Shown here: positions 36,927 to 45,737 of the stretch, piece after piece
How the letters are laid out: each line of letters opens with the position of its first letter
Numbering within the stretch: position 1 is the first letter of the stretch
From: Minisyncoccota bacterium
GTDB taxonomy: Bacteria > Patescibacteriota > Minisyncoccia > Phycocordibacterales > UBA9973
NCBI GenBank assembly: GCA_041674285.1
Contig: JBAYVZ010000001.1
Location: 165,129-229,128 of the forward strand
Length of the DNA stretch: 64,000 nucleotides
Direction of reading: 5' to 3'
Translations under genes and position numbers: made by a program
Notes under the pieces: generated by a model
What the model saw: the letters and a program-made list of their open reading frames with translations, nothing else
Database searches by the model: none
What the model was told of the DNA's origin: nothing

Positions 36927-38606
36927 CTAATTCACTGCTTCGAGTTCAATAAAGAAAGTAGAACCTTTACCCATACCTTCTGAATTCACTCCTACATGAC
37001 CCTTGTGTGCATCTACTATTTCTTTTGCTAGATATAGACCGAGTCCTGATCCGCTAGTGTTCATACGGGCACCTTCACCACGAGCGAATTTCTGGAATAG
37101 CGTAGCCTTGATCTCTGGAGATACACCCATACCAGTATCTTTTATCTCTACGAGAACCTTATTGTCTTTATTAGATAAAGTTACTTCAATACTACCCTGT
37201 TTTGTGTATTTTATAGAATTGTCTATCAGGTTTAGGACCACTTGGCGGAGCTTTTCTTTATCTCCGTGAACCTTGTGATTCCCTGCATCTTCTGAGTAGG
37301 TTAGCTTTAATCCTTTTTTATTTGCAGTGATAGATAAATCTTCAGATGTGGTCTTTACTATCTCTGTCATACTGAAATCCACCATCACATACTTCATTCC
37401 ACCAGATTCAATTTTGGGCACATTGAGCAAGTCCTCTACGACAAGGGTCAGATTTTGACTAGATTGAAATATTCTTTCCACAGCTTCTTTTGCTTTTGGT
37501 CCAATCTCTCCAAAGTCACCCTCGACTACCATAGATGCATAACCCTTTATAGCCGTGAGCGGTGATCGGAGCTGATGTGAAGCCAGTGAAAGGAACTCTG
37601 TTTTTAACTTATCAACATTTATCAATTTCGCATTTGATTCTTCGAGCTTGATATTTGATTCTTCTAATCTCATTTTTGAAGATTCCAAATCTACAGACAA
37701 TTGCTCGATACGTACACGCTGATCACTCTCCCTCTTTAGATTTCTGTATAGGATAATAGAGAGTCCTAGTGTCAGAGCTACAGTCACAATAGTCAGCAAT
37801 GTATCTGCCCCTCCATTGATAAAGAATAATTGCCCACCCATGAGTATAACCAATCCTCCGACCAGATAGTGGGTACCTAGCATGTTGAAGTGGAATATAT
37901 CTAGCTCAAATACAGCATAGATAATAGCTATGAGGAAAAGAGGCATGGCAAACAAACTATACAGATTGTATTCATATACACCTGTCACAGATGCTATGTA
38001 TTCTGTAATTCCAAAAACAGACAAGAATAAAAATATAGACCCTAGAACGATCAAATCTGCCTTTTTATCTTCCGGAGGTTGCTCGATAAAAAATGCTCTG
38101 ATTATATACCCCAATATTGTAAGACCGATGATACCCTCAATTACAAGCTTGTAGATATCTAAAGTATTATTATTTAATGCTTCGCAAAATGAATGATCAA
38201 AACCAATAACGGAATTATTTGTAATTGTAATCACAAAAGGAACAACAAGAGCTAGTATAAATAATATTTTTATATAATTATTTATATCTCTTTCATAGAT
38301 AAACGTAAGTACAAAATAGAGAGACAAAAGAAAGAAAACAATCTCGATATAAGGCAAAACAGACCAGAAAGAATAAACAAGGTCGTAATTTGTTGATGTC
38401 CAAATAACAACATCGCCAATTAGCCAAACACAGAAAGACAAAATAAACGATAAAAATAGTTTAGAAAATAAGTTAAATTTAGATTTAAATAAAATAAACA
38501 AAGACAATACCAATGATAGCAACATTGGAACTATGTGTGAGTATTTTGCCAAAAGTTCAAGACTTCCCCCAGTCACGCTTGTGCAAGTATTAATTATTTC
38601 ATTCAT
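36927..38606 (-). CDS. Sensor histidine kinase with a multi-pass membrane N-terminal domain
   Basis: About 7 TM helices, a coiled-coil, H-box (LASHQLRSPLTAIKGYASMV) and HATPase N/G1/G2 boxes (NLIDNSIKYT, DTGMGV, GSGLGL). Confidence 0.85.
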   Translation of the reverse strand: MNEIINTCTSVTGGSLELLAKYSHIVPMLLSLVLSLFILFKSKFNLFSKLFLSFILSFCVWLIGDVVIWTSTNYDLVYSFWSVLPYIEIVFFLLSLYFVLTFIYERDINNYIKILFILALVVPFVITITNNSVIGFDHSFCEALNNNTLDIYKLVIEGIIGLTILGYIIRAFFIEQPPEDKKADLIVLGSIFLFLSVFGITEYIASVTGVYEYNLYSLFAMPLFLIAIIYAVFELDIFHFNMLGTHYLVGGLVILMGGQLFFINGGADTLLTIVTVALTLGLSIILYRNLKRESDQRVRIEQLSVDLESSKMRLEESNIKLEESNAKLINVDKLKTEFLSLASHQLRSPLTAIKGYASMVVEGDFGEIGPKAKEAVERIFQSSQNLTLVVEDLLNVPKIESGGMKYVMVDFSMTEIVKTTSEDLSITANKKGLKLTYSEDAGNHKVHGDKEKLRQVVLNLIDNSIKYTKQGSIEVTLSNKDNKVLVEIKDTGMGVSPEIKATLFQKFARGEGARMNTSGSGLGLYLAKEIVDAHKGHVGVNSEGMGKGSTFFIELEAVN

Positions 38607-38609
38607 ATT

Positions 38610-39410
38610 TTATTTAATATTATTTTTAATTAAAGAGAGGTGCGAATACCAAAAATCTTCAGTTTCAATATCCATGGGTGGAATAGGGACGATCAGAGGT
38701 TTAAGACCTGTCAAATTTATAACTTTTTCCAACGCAGGCAAAACAACTTCCTTAGTAAAATCACCTTCACTGTCAGTAGAAACTAGAAAATTTTCAAATA
38801 ATATACCGTGGCAAACAAAAAATAAAAAAAAGTTAAAATAAACAAAATGTATAGAATCAGCATTGTTTTCTTTATACCAACTTGATTCATCATGAAAATA
38901 AATATCACTTAAACCATACAATCCAAACAACTTATGATGAAAATCTATAAGTGATTCGTCCCATTTAGTTTTAATTTCTTTAATTTTTTTACCGTTATAA
39001 ATATTAAAGTCTACTATATTTATTTTTTCAACAATATCATCTCCCTTTTTATCTAAACCGTCACTGACATGAATTTGACCCAATGAATGCTTATACTTAT
39101 TGTTTGATGTAAATTTATCATCATAATACTCAAAAAATATAGGCTTCAAATTGTTTTCACGCGCCAAACCAACAAAAGCTCTACACTCGTGATTGGGTGT
39201 AGCTAACTGCCTAGCAATAACAGCACAATTTTTGTCATTTAAAATTTCAGGTATTTCTCCAGCAAAAAGATCTTTGATCTTATTAACCAAATCAACATCT
39301 TTTTGCCTTTCTTCAAGTAGTCTTAGCGCATCAGATAAAGGAGTATACACTACTTGATTAAAGATATTGTGATCCGACATTATAGTATTGTAATCGCCGA
39401 TTGAAGACAT
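38610..39410 (-). CDS. Hypothetical cytoplasmic protein (266 aa) translationally coupled to the histidine kinase
   Basis: Its stop lies 4 bp from the kinase start. No motif recognised. Confidence 0.4.
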   Translation of the reverse strand: MSSIGDYNTIMSDHNIFNQVVYTPLSDALRLLEERQKDVDLVNKIKDLFAGEIPEILNDKNCAVIARQLATPNHECRAFVGLARENNLKPIFFEYYDDKFTSNNKYKHSLGQIHVSDGLDKKGDDIVEKINIVDFNIYNGKKIKEIKTKWDESLIDFHHKLFGLYGLSDIYFHDESSWYKENNADSIHFVYFNFFLFFVCHGILFENFLVSTDSEGDFTKEVVLPALEKVINLTGLKPLIVPIPPMDIETEDFWYSHLSLIKNNIK

Positions 39411-39413
39411 ATA

Positions 39414-39833
39414 TTATTTCTTTTTATTAACCTTTACTTCTTCGACTACAGGAATAACTATTTCTTCTTCTGCAGGCTCCGGGACCACGCATACCTCGCC
39501 TGCGATATCTTCTTCTGTACACTCAGTCTTTTCCGCCTGTATCGCTCCGGACTCTATAGCTGAAGTACAATCTTCATTTACACAAGCAGAAAAATCACGA
39601 GCTTTGATCGTGTATTGATTATAATAAGACAAATTATTTGGAGGACATTCTCCGTCTATGGAGCAGTCTCGATAGAAGCAAGTTTCTTTTGTATTATCAC
39701 AAGCAGTATCGACTATAAAATTATAGTCTTTTTTGAAATAGAAAAAATAAAAAGAAGTAGCGATAACAACAGCACAACTTATTAATAATATATAGAGAAA
39801 TACATTATGACTTTTTGGTTCTTCTTCAGGCAT
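39414..39833 (-). CDS. Membrane-anchored Cys-rich small protein (139 aa, about 10 Cys, acidic tail)
   Basis: N-terminal TM helix followed by a C-x-n-C-rich segment (CDNTKETCFYRDCSIDGEC ... CVNEDC). Confidence 0.4.
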   Translation of the reverse strand: MPEEEPKSHNVFLYILLISCAVVIATSFYFFYFKKDYNFIVDTACDNTKETCFYRDCSIDGECPPNNLSYYNQYTIKARDFSACVNEDCTSAIESGAIQAEKTECTEEDIAGEVCVVPEPAEEEIVIPVVEEVKVNKKK

Positions 39834-39897
39834 GTATTTATTTTACCATAGAATGCAAAACAAAAACATACAACTGGGTTATAAACTGAATAATAAG

Positions 39898-39906
39898 TGT
39901 TATAAT
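39898..39906 (+). promoter_or_regulatory. Extended -10 (TGtTATAAT) 6 nt before the ATG at 39913; a possible leaderless promoter
   Basis: TGTTATAAT directly upstream of the start codon. No -35 was evaluated. Confidence 0.25.
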
Positions 39907-39912
39907 GTTTAC

Positions 39913-40806
39913 ATGGAACAGAACAATTTTACAGGTAAAAACATAAATGAAAATTCGATAAATAATGCTCAAAAAAAATTAGATAATGCGCAAGAACATC
40001 AAGCGATTGAAAATAGTAATTCATACAGAGAACCCACAGAGCATGAAGTATTACTGATAAGTAAATCTAAGGAGGTAGTCAGAAAAGAATTATCAAGATT
40101 AGGGGTTGAGGCTAGATTAGATGAATATAAAATTAAATTTTTAGACAAGAACAAGGGTACAGGTAGCTACAATTCAGACTCAAGAATCATAGAAATAGAC
40201 AGTAAATATAAACCTGATACTATTCTAAATACCAAATATTATCTATTTAGAATACTCTCTAAATTAAACCCGGAGTCGAAAACGATAAGTAATTTTAAAA
40301 CAATAATCCATGAAATGATACATGCAAAATCATTTCATAAATACAAGATTGAGAATAATGAAGTATCTTCTTACAGGAATGGATATTTAACAAAGAATGA
40401 TAAGGGTGCATACTTCCGAGGACTAAATGAAGCTATAACAGAAAAAACTGTTTTAGATATTTTAAACGATGAAAATAAAAAAATTAAAATTAATTTAAAT
40501 ATACTAGAAACAAAATACAGAGTAGAATTAAAAATTATAGAAAATATAGTAAAAAAGATCGCAAAAAAAGAAGGAAAGGAAGAAAAAGAAATCTGGGATA
40601 TCTTTAAAGAAGGTCATTTTTCGGGTAACATGATGCATTTAAGAAAAATTGAAGAAAATTTTGGAGAGGGGTCACTCAGAATATTGGCAAAAATGGGCTC
40701 AAATGAAAAACTAACGAGTAAAGAAAATTTGCTTTGCTATATATATTTTTCAACAAATTCTATCTTTATTAAAAAGACAATATTAAATAAATTTAAAAAT
40801 GAATAA
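39913..40806 (+). CDS. Hypothetical Asn/Lys-rich protein with an HExxH motif (IIHEMIHAKSFH); putative zincin-like metallopeptidase
   Basis: HEMIH followed by a third His five residues downstream. Start trimmed to the internal Met, since the track start would overlap the divergent gene. Confidence 0.35.
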   Translation: MEQNNFTGKNINENSINNAQKKLDNAQEHQAIENSNSYREPTEHEVLLISKSKEVVRKELSRLGVEARLDEYKIKFLDKNKGTGSYNSDSRIIEIDSKYKPDTILNTKYYLFRILSKLNPESKTISNFKTIIHEMIHAKSFHKYKIENNEVSSYRNGYLTKNDKGAYFRGLNEAITEKTVLDILNDENKKIKINLNILETKYRVELKIIENIVKKIAKKEGKEEKEIWDIFKEGHFSGNMMHLRKIEENFGEGSLRILAKMGSNEKLTSKENLLCYIYFSTNSIFIKKTILNKFKNE

Positions 40807-41161
40807 TAATCTTAAAATATACAAAGTAAAAAACAAGGAATACAAGAACTATTTTGTACCAAAAGAAAAAAGAGCTCCTGCTTTCGGTCAAGCATTTCCA
40901 TATGAAAAAAAAGGAGGATACGCTGAAGTCAGAAATGACTTAAATCCGATAGTGAAGAGGTTTGTCACAGAGCATGAGTTGTATCACCTCACAGACAACT
41001 CAAAATGGCTTGGAAGATTAGGAATGGAAATTAGGGCAAATATTATTCCAGGCATAAAAAATCCGATTGGTTTTATATATACTATTATTTATACAATATT
41101 TTCAAAAGAGAGAATAAAATTATACTACGAGATGATATTTAAAAAGTCGCACATGAAATAA
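40799..41161 (+). CDS. Small HExxH protein (VTEHELYHL); ImmA/IrrE- or SprT-like minimal metallopeptidase (tentative)
   Basis: HELYH motif. It overlaps the upstream gene by 8 bp, so the two probably form an operon. Confidence 0.35.
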   Translation: MNNNLKIYKVKNKEYKNYFVPKEKRAPAFGQAFPYEKKGGYAEVRNDLNPIVKRFVTEHELYHLTDNSKWLGRLGMEIRANIIPGIKNPIGFIYTIIYTIFSKERIKLYYEMIFKKSHMK

Positions 41162-41198
41162 ATTATCATGTACGACTTATCATCAGAAAAAATTAATT

Positions 41199-41513
41199 TT
41201 ATTTAGTCAGCTTAATTCCATTAATCTTGATGAACCAATTGATCGCTTTTTTAGCGATTGGTTTTAAAAATGGAGCAATTTCTAAAATAGAAGCACCAGG
41301 CCTCCCTAAGAAACTGTAATAAGCACGAATAAACAAAATTTTACCTTTTTCGGTTCCTTGGGCCAAAATTTTATCTCTCCAAACTCTCAATGAATCTGTA
41401 ATATAATCATCCTGCCCGTAACAAGCAGTAACTACAAAACATTTAAAATTTGGACTAAAATTAGGTCCATCATTAGAAACTAAAGGTTTTTTTTGTTTTT
41501 CAACCTCTTTCAT
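41199..41513 (-). CDS. Hypothetical protein (104 aa)
   Basis: ORF only. Confidence 0.3.
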   Translation of the reverse strand: MKEVEKQKKPLVSNDGPNFSPNFKCFVVTACYGQDDYITDSLRVWRDKILAQGTEKGKILFIRAYYSFLGRPGASILEIAPFLKPIAKKAINWFIKINGIKLTK

Positions 41514-41620
41514 GTCTTTTTCTCCTTTCTAGATTTTTGTATTATTCTTTAAGCAATTAAAAGAACCTTAATCTTTAAAAAGTATACTACATAAAAATTT
41601 AAAAGTCAATATGAAGGATA

Positions 41621-42145
41621 TTAAAGATTATATTTCCATCCTGGTTGCCATTCCCATGGAGTCTTTATGTATTCCTCTAACTCTACGCCATTTATAAAAT
41701 GCTCTAGACCTAGTTGAGTTGCGCGATGGCCGATGATTACAATATTTTCATAATTAGATTTTTTTAAATCGGCGATAAAACTTTCCATACGAGCCATTGC
41801 ATCTTTAACACTCTCACCATTCATGTATGGAGTATCAATATGATCAATCAGACTACCAAACACTAGTTTTTTATCTCCGCCCTCTAGGTCTCCGTAATTG
41901 TATTCTCGAAGTCTTGAATCAGAAAAAGTAGGAATATTACGTTCACCAAAGATTAATTCTGCTGTATCTATAGCTCTCTGTGAGTCAGAAGTAAAAACCG
42001 CATCGAATAAAACATCAGCGTACCGAGTACGATCATTAATCCCCTGTTCTCTACCTTTTTCAGATAAAGGAGAGTTCCTCCATCCAGAAGCCAGTCCAGA
42101 TTCATTGTCTACACTAGTTTTATGTGATTCAAATATAATTTTCAT
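41621..42145 (-). CDS. Histidine phosphatase superfamily protein (phosphoglycerate-mutase-like) with a degenerate RHG motif
   Basis: SDSQRAIDTA and a C-terminal IIGHRATQ motif fit the family. The N-terminal catalytic region reads ESHKTS instead of RHGE. Confidence 0.55.
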   Translation of the reverse strand: MKIIFESHKTSVDNESGLASGWRNSPLSEKGREQGINDRTRYADVLFDAVFTSDSQRAIDTAELIFGERNIPTFSDSRLREYNYGDLEGGDKKLVFGSLIDHIDTPYMNGESVKDAMARMESFIADLKKSNYENIVIIGHRATQLGLEHFINGVELEEYIKTPWEWQPGWKYNL

Positions 42146-42147
42146 AT

Positions 42148-43068
42148 TTACATTAGCAAGAACACACTTCCTACTATCATCACCACGATGGCGATGATTT
42201 TTGGGATTAGGACTTTTTTGGTGATGTTCTCGTTCACTATATGTGGGAAGAATTTTGTCCCGATGATAGTCAAGAATAGTACTATAGCAGGCTGGAATGT
42301 ACCTACGAGATATACCATAGTCACAGGTGCTAGCAATAGTGCAAAGTTTGTTAAAAGATTACCAGAGATAGTAGCCAGTTCACTCACTGTATTTACGATA
42401 AAAATCTTTACACCACCCTTGTGGTTCATATTCATAAATTCTTCTCTGTATTTAGGCACGAATAGATATATTATGAGGCCAGATATTCCGAGGCCAATAT
42501 ATTCCCAGAATGATGACACCCAGAAGTCCCCTTCGATGGTCACATATTTAAATATAATCCCAGATAGAGCTACTAGCACGCAAGCGATGAGCATATAGAA
42601 TACTGGCTTTCTCTTTACTTGTCTCTTTTCTGTACTAAAATCAATAGATAGGAATACTAATCCTAGGAGCATGATGACAGTACCTAGGATCTGATTATTA
42701 TTGAGTGTCTCCCCAAGGAATAGATAGCCAAATATGTAGCCAAACATGGGAACAGTCAGGAACCATGGGGCCACATTTGATACATCTTCAATCTCCAATG
42801 CATATAGATACAATACTATCCATACGATAGTGATGAATCCAGTGAGTCCGAGTAGCAATGCATCTGTTATCGATATCTCAAATAATCCTCGCACAAAAAA
42901 TGCGATAAAGAATGCAATGAAGAATCCTATGAGACTAGAGAACAGTACTAGCCCTCCAGAACTGTGTTCCTTTTCCCTATCTGAATATTTAGCTATTAGA
43001 TATTGATCGGCTATATTGACCAATGCCCATAAAAATGGAGCCCCCAATGCAATTAAAAACCAATTCAT
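42148..43068 (-). CDS. EamA/DMT-superfamily permease (10 TM)
   Basis: Two repeated 5-TM halves. The N-terminal LIALGAPFLWALVNIADQYL resembles an EamA domain. Confidence 0.6.
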   Translation of the reverse strand: MNWFLIALGAPFLWALVNIADQYLIAKYSDREKEHSSGGLVLFSSLIGFFIAFFIAFFVRGLFEISITDALLLGLTGFITIVWIVLYLYALEIEDVSNVAPWFLTVPMFGYIFGYLFLGETLNNNQILGTVIMLLGLVFLSIDFSTEKRQVKRKPVFYMLIACVLVALSGIIFKYVTIEGDFWVSSFWEYIGLGISGLIIYLFVPKYREEFMNMNHKGGVKIFIVNTVSELATISGNLLTNFALLLAPVTMVYLVGTFQPAIVLFLTIIGTKFFPHIVNENITKKVLIPKIIAIVVMIVGSVFLLM

Positions 43069-43167
43069 ATGAGTATATTATATCACACAAATAAAATACT
43101 ATAATTTTGACAAAAAAATATTTCAGGATATAATGCGCAAAAACCCACAATTTAATATAAAAAACCA

Positions 43168-43989
43168 ATGAAAGAGTATTTTGTAATTGAAGGACAAAAT
43201 GAAGGTCCTACTAGTGTGATTATGGCAGGTATTCATGGCAATGAACCTTGCGGAGTAAGAGCTTTTAAAAAGCTAGAACACAAATTAAAGATCAAGTCAG
43301 GAAAAGTAATTTTTCTTTTAGGTAATCCTGTTGCCCTGAAAGACAACGTTCGATTTGTTGAACAAAACATGAATCGAATGTTTGCCGAGCAAAACAAGGA
43401 GTACACAGAAGAAGAGAAAAATTCCTACGAGTACCGCAGGGCACAATTCATCAAAATGTTCTTAGATGAAGCAGATGCCCTGTTAGACATCCACTCCACA
43501 CGAAACAAAAGTCTTCCATTTGTTTTTACAGAAGGCAATGCTTTTGATATCGTAAATTATTTCCCAAAAGAAGTTTCCCGTATCGTTATAAACATAAACG
43601 AATACGAACCAGGTGGCACTGATGGGTACATGTACGAGAAAGATAAAATTGGTATTTGTATTGAGTGTGGTCAACACGACAGCAAAAATGCTGACAAAGT
43701 AGCCATAAAGTCCATAATGATTTTCCTGCAAAAACGCGGGCATATAAAAGATTCTACAAAGAAAAAATTACCAAAAGAAATTGTTATGGTAAATAGTATT
43801 TATTTTACGAAGACAGACAATTTCAAAATGGCAAAACAATTTGTAGATTTTGAAAAAATCAAAATGGATCAATTAATAGGCACAGACGGCAATGAAGAAA
43901 TCCGGGCAAAACAAAAAGGATTAATCATGTTTGCTCATGATTGCGACAAGATCGGATCTGAAGCATTCTTGATGACTAAAAAGATATAA
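43168..43989 (+). CDS. Succinylglutamate desuccinylase / aspartoacylase-family zinc hydrolase (AstE/AspA, M14-like)
   Basis: The motifs GIHGNEPCG and LDIHST match the family's Zn-binding His/Glu and downstream His. Confidence 0.65.
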   Translation: MKEYFVIEGQNEGPTSVIMAGIHGNEPCGVRAFKKLEHKLKIKSGKVIFLLGNPVALKDNVRFVEQNMNRMFAEQNKEYTEEEKNSYEYRRAQFIKMFLDEADALLDIHSTRNKSLPFVFTEGNAFDIVNYFPKEVSRIVININEYEPGGTDGYMYEKDKIGICIECGQHDSKNADKVAIKSIMIFLQKRGHIKDSTKKKLPKEIVMVNSIYFTKTDNFKMAKQFVDFEKIKMDQLIGTDGNEEIRAKQKGLIMFAHDCDKIGSEAFLMTKKI

Positions 43990-44010
43990 AAGCCAAATGA
44001 TTAAATTTAG

Positions 44011-44046
44011 CACCCCATAAAGAGAATTCTTTATGGGGTGTTTTTA
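44011..44046 (+). terminator. Rho-independent terminator
   Basis: CACCCCATAAAGAGAATTCTTTATGGGGTG followed by TTTTT. Confidence 0.75.
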
Positions 44047-44098
44047 TTGCAAAACAATAGTATTTTGATACAATGCTTTTATCTATATGGGATAGTAT

Positions 44099-44214
44099 CC
44101 CGTTAGAGATGTGTTTGTTATTTTTTTAATCTTGGAACAATAAAAGAAAAAGTCGTATTTTTAATATAAATTAATCAGATACGGAAATGTAAACATTTCC
44201 TATCTCTAACGGGA
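44099..44214 (-). repeat. TIR-bounded intergenic element, subtype 1 (copy I), 116 bp, inverted
   Basis: CCCGTTAGAGATGTGTTTGT ... ACGGAAATGTAAACATTTCCTATCTCTAACGGG-ATG. Its right terminus abuts the arginase-family start codon. Confidence 0.85.
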
Positions 44215-45104
44215 TGGTAGATTCAATAATCAGTGCAAAGAAAATCGAAGATGCAGATGTAGTCATACTATCAGCTGCATATGAAAAGACAGCTTCTAGT
44301 CGCAAAGGTACAGCCAGCGGTCCATCAGCAGTTATGAAGATGCTCGACAGCAAGCTTGAGCTTTTTGACCGCAACTACAAGAAGAATGTATGCGAATATG
44401 TAAAGATAGGTCACAAAGATGTGGGCAATATCAGCAAGATGACTCCACAAAAAGCATTAGACAAGATAGTGGCAGAATCTACAAAGATCTTAGATAAAGA
44501 TAAATTTGTATTCCTCCTCGGTGGAGAGCATTCTGTATCTCTAGGACTCCTCACTGCCCTCTCTAAAAAAATAAATCCAAAAGACGTAACAGTAGTCCAG
44601 ATAGATGCACACTGCGATCTACGCAATGATGACAGTGACTACAGTGATGATCCTACAAATCTGGCTCATTCATGTGTCCTACGCCGTGTAAACGAGCTAG
44701 GTTACCCATTAGTACAGGTAGGTATCCGTACATATTTCAAAGGTGAATACGAATACTTCTCTGACCCAAAGAACAATATCAAGACTTTTGAATGGGGCAA
44801 TGATAAAAAAGTACCGACAGTAGAGGAAATAGTAAAATCAATCAAGACAAAGTATGTATATATAACTATCGACGTAGATGGATTTGATCCGGCTCATATG
44901 CCAGGCACAGGCACATCAGTCCAAGGGGGTCTCGAGTGGTGGTACGGAGTAGAACTACTAGAAAAGATTGTGAAATCAAAAGAACTCGTAGGTGCAGACA
45001 TAGTAGAAGTCTCCCCTATGAAAGACTCCGTCCTGACAGAGTACGGAGCAGCCCAACTACTCTACGGAATGGTAGCTCACAAATACAGAAACAAATTAAA
45101 ATAA
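44214..45104 (+). CDS. Arginase/agmatinase/formiminoglutamase-family ureohydrolase (likely agmatinase)
   Basis: Mn-binding motifs GGEHS, QIDAHCDLRND and ITIDVDGFDPAH, and SVQGGL. The decarboxylase gene elsewhere in the window favours agmatinase. Confidence 0.75.
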   Translation: MVDSIISAKKIEDADVVILSAAYEKTASSRKGTASGPSAVMKMLDSKLELFDRNYKKNVCEYVKIGHKDVGNISKMTPQKALDKIVAESTKILDKDKFVFLLGGEHSVSLGLLTALSKKINPKDVTVVQIDAHCDLRNDDSDYSDDPTNLAHSCVLRRVNELGYPLVQVGIRTYFKGEYEYFSDPKNNIKTFEWGNDKKVPTVEEIVKSIKTKYVYITIDVDGFDPAHMPGTGTSVQGGLEWWYGVELLEKIVKSKELVGADIVEVSPMKDSVLTEYGAAQLLYGMVAHKYRNKLK

Positions 45105-45110
45105 AAAGAA

Positions 45111-45146
45111 AAAATCTGCAAATCAATTTCTTGATTTGCAGATTTT
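45111..45146 (+). terminator. Rho-independent terminator
   Basis: AAAATCTGCAAATCAA-tttc-TTGATTTGCAGATTTT followed by TTAT. Confidence 0.75.
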
Positions 45147-45155
45147 TTATTTTCG

Positions 45156-45638
45156 TCACATTTTTTTAGGTACTTGCCATTTTTTACTTTGGCAATTATA
45201 CACATAATACAGTTCATTCTTTCCTACAGCTCTCATCATTAACTGAAAATTAAAGCTGTCTAAAAGGTAGACCATATCTTGTGGATAGTACCATCCATAC
45301 GGATCATTTGTAGGATTTACAATCTCTTCAAAAATAAAAGAATTACTCACACTATCAAATCCTTTATTTTCAAATAGGACAGAGAAAATTCTGTCATTCC
45401 TAAAATTCACCACTGCATAGTCCCCGCAGGCAGTATGCCATTCATAGGCAACGTACGCAGATCTTTTGTAAAACGGAGTAGTATCTCTACGGTAAATCTG
45501 CACGTCCTGATTATCGTACAGCAATCTAATCTGGGCACCAAAATTAAAGGTGGCCACAGATGATGGAGTGACATTTGTTTTTGAGCTCATGCAAGAGCTG
45601 AAAAACAAGCAAAAAGGTAAAATGTATAAGTATTTCAT
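45156..45638 (-). CDS. Putative lipoprotein (hypothetical)
   Basis: Lipobox-like LFFSSC after an N-terminal hydrophobic segment. Aromatic-rich mature region. Confidence 0.45.
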   Translation of the reverse strand: MKYLYILPFCLFFSSCMSSKTNVTPSSVATFNFGAQIRLLYDNQDVQIYRRDTTPFYKRSAYVAYEWHTACGDYAVVNFRNDRIFSVLFENKGFDSVSNSFIFEEIVNPTNDPYGWYYPQDMVYLLDSFNFQLMMRAVGKNELYYVYNCQSKKWQVPKKM

Positions 45639-45695
45639 ATTGGTAAGAATTTTTTAACACAATACCACAATACACACAAAATGTCCATACAAACA

Positions 45696-45737
45696 AAAAT
45701 CCTCGCAAGGACGGTCCTTGCGAGGATTTTTGTTTTT
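45696..45737. terminator. Bidirectional hairpin terminator
   Basis: AAAATCCTCGCAAGG-acggt-CCTTGCGAGGATTTT with flanking A/T runs. Confidence 0.75.

Noticed and set aside
11120-44214. Possibility that the repeated elements form a CRISPR array
   Set aside because: The copies are about 117 bp long, tens of kilobases apart, and each lies in a different intergenic region. There are no short, regularly spaced direct repeats with unique spacers, and no cas1 or effector genes.
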